Shown here: positions 62,959-64,000 of the stretch, in pieces
Numbering within the stretch: position 1 is the stretch's first letter
How the letters are laid out: each line of letters opens with the position of its first letter
Virus record (IMG/VR): IMGVR_UViG_3300032236_001850
Coordinates: 1 to 64,000 of that record
Strand: one strand, 5' to 3'
DNA: 64,000 nt
Notes under the pieces: generated by a model
The model's database searches: none
Told to the model about the DNA's origin: nothing
The model's input: only the letters and a program-made list of their open reading frames with translations
Program-made: the position numbers and the translations under genes

Positions 62959-63603
62959 ATGAAGACAAAGTTAGACAAAGAGTTTGACTTTCCTTCACTT
63001 ACAAACCTGAAAGCTCTCAGAGATGAATCTAAGAGAAGGAAGGAGCTGAAAAAAGAACTCGAAATAGTATCGGATAGTATAGACGACTACATTCAAAAAT
63101 TCATTGAGTGCAGTATGTTTAAATTGAATTCACTCCAGGATTTGGATACTGTGATTGCACCTCAAGACGTTCATAAATTTACACTTCTTGACATACCATT
63201 CAAGAACTTTAAAAAATTGAAATTAGCCTCTGAGATCATTTCGGAAATACTTAAATTAAAGGGTGTTGAATATTGTATGGGGTGGTTTTGTAAAACCCAA
63301 AGAAAGATCGATCCGTTTAAGAACGTGATTTTCGACGATGCTGAACCCTGCTCAATATTTGTGGATTTTCAGAACAAGAGTATGTTTTTCATCCCATCTG
63401 TTATCAATCCAGAAATTGGTGTGAATCACAAGGAAAACAAATTGGTTATAGCATATAGAAAAATGAGGGTTGGTGATCCTTATAACACATCTTCGTGGAA
63501 CCACCCGGTTGATCAAATATATCCATGGCACTATACATTCCATATGAAATGCACTGTTGATATAGACACGTTAAATTTTGAAACTACAGAACAAGGATGG
63601 TAA
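62959..63603 (+). CDS. Hypothetical protein
   Basis: Intact ORF. Confidence 0.75.
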   Translation: MKTKLDKEFDFPSLTNLKALRDESKRRKELKKELEIVSDSIDDYIQKFIECSMFKLNSLQDLDTVIAPQDVHKFTLLDIPFKNFKKLKLASEIISEILKLKGVEYCMGWFCKTQRKIDPFKNVIFDDAEPCSIFVDFQNKSMFFIPSVINPEIGVNHKENKLVIAYRKMRVGDPYNTSSWNHPVDQIYPWHYTFHMKCTVDIDTLNFETTEQGW

Positions 63604-64000
63604 AAGAAAAAATAATAAAAGAGCTCAAGCAAGAATACGATTTTAAATCTTTAACCGATCTGAAGAAGCTTGTGGAGATAGTTAAGGAGAAAAATGAAGT
63701 TCTTAACATCATAAGAAAATCCGAAATAGAAATCAGAGATTATATTGAGAAATTAGCTGATAGTTTTGAATATGATCTGAATGAAATAGATTCCTATATA
63801 GGTGTTAATAATTTTCCACAATTCTATAAGGACTCCGGGTTATCAGCTAAAGAGATCAAAAGTATAAAATCAATCTCCGAATTAATAAAGGATAATTATT
63901 GGACATCTGATAAACAAAAATATTTTATTGACACTGTTAATAAAAAAATATACATGAGATCTCAGAGATCGGTAATTATTTTTGAAAATGCAATAGTCAT
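63597..64000 (+). CDS. Hypothetical protein (partial), N-term similar to upstream gene
   Basis: MVKEKIIKELKQEYDFKSLTDLK vs EFDFPSLTNLK; open to the right edge. Confidence 0.7.
   Translation, partial: MVKEKIIKELKQEYDFKSLTDLKKLVEIVKEKNEVLNIIRKSEIEIRDYIEKLADSFEYDLNEIDSYIGVNNFPQFYKDSGLSAKEIKSIKSISELIKDNYWTSDKQKYFIDTVNKKIYMRSQRSVIIFENAIV

Noticed and set aside
1-64000. Stop-codon reassignment (TAG or TGA), as in some huge phages
   Set aside because: Recognisable enzymes are full length in the standard code; TAG, TGA and TAA all end genes in tightly coupled operons
1-64000. Window is host chromosome rather than phage
   Set aside because: Host-like genes (clpP, smpB, CCA enzyme, T9SS cargo) are scattered among dozens of short unknown ORFs, with Dda, Rnl1, GH19 endolysin and a free-standing homing endonuclease; no core operons or rRNA

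Overview
This 64 kb window is AT-rich and densely coding. It is best explained as part of a large (jumbo/huge), T4-like-regulated phage genome infecting a Bacteroidetes host (inference). Host evidence: twelve copies of the Bacteroidetes -7 promoter box TAnnTTTG, A-rich initiation regions mostly without Shine-Dalgarno, a T9SS C-terminal sorting domain and Bacteroidetes-type outer-membrane barrels. Two interleaved gene classes are visible. (1) Plus-strand trains of small accessory genes follow a strictly spaced 32-bp element T5-8..YCG-N11-TAnnTTTG. They include two RNA ligases, a PNK-like kinase, a phosphoesterase, a cREC domain, a CCA-type nucleotidyltransferase, Pth2, SmpB, ClpP, a small alarmone hydrolase, Nudix, a Dda helicase and a six-member paralog family. 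(2) Operons preceded by GATATATA, a putative late promoter, encode about 15 proteins with a T4 capsid-targeting-like peptide plus an (I/L/V)xE cleavage site, including a MoxR ATPase and an HExxH peptidase (next to a vWA gene) and an SLT hydrolase. The same motif precedes an endolysin operon carrying a cohesin-dockerin T9SS cargo, a CsgG-like protein and a secreted Ser/Gly/Asn-repeat protein that the ORF track missed. A non-coding stretch of about 750 nt (56.66-57.42 kb) holds two tRNA-like RNAs with intact acceptor/D/T elements but a deleted or expanded anticodon domain, plus further hairpins. No canonical tRNA, tmRNA, rRNA or CRISPR array was found. All family assignments come from recognising motifs by eye, not from database searches.
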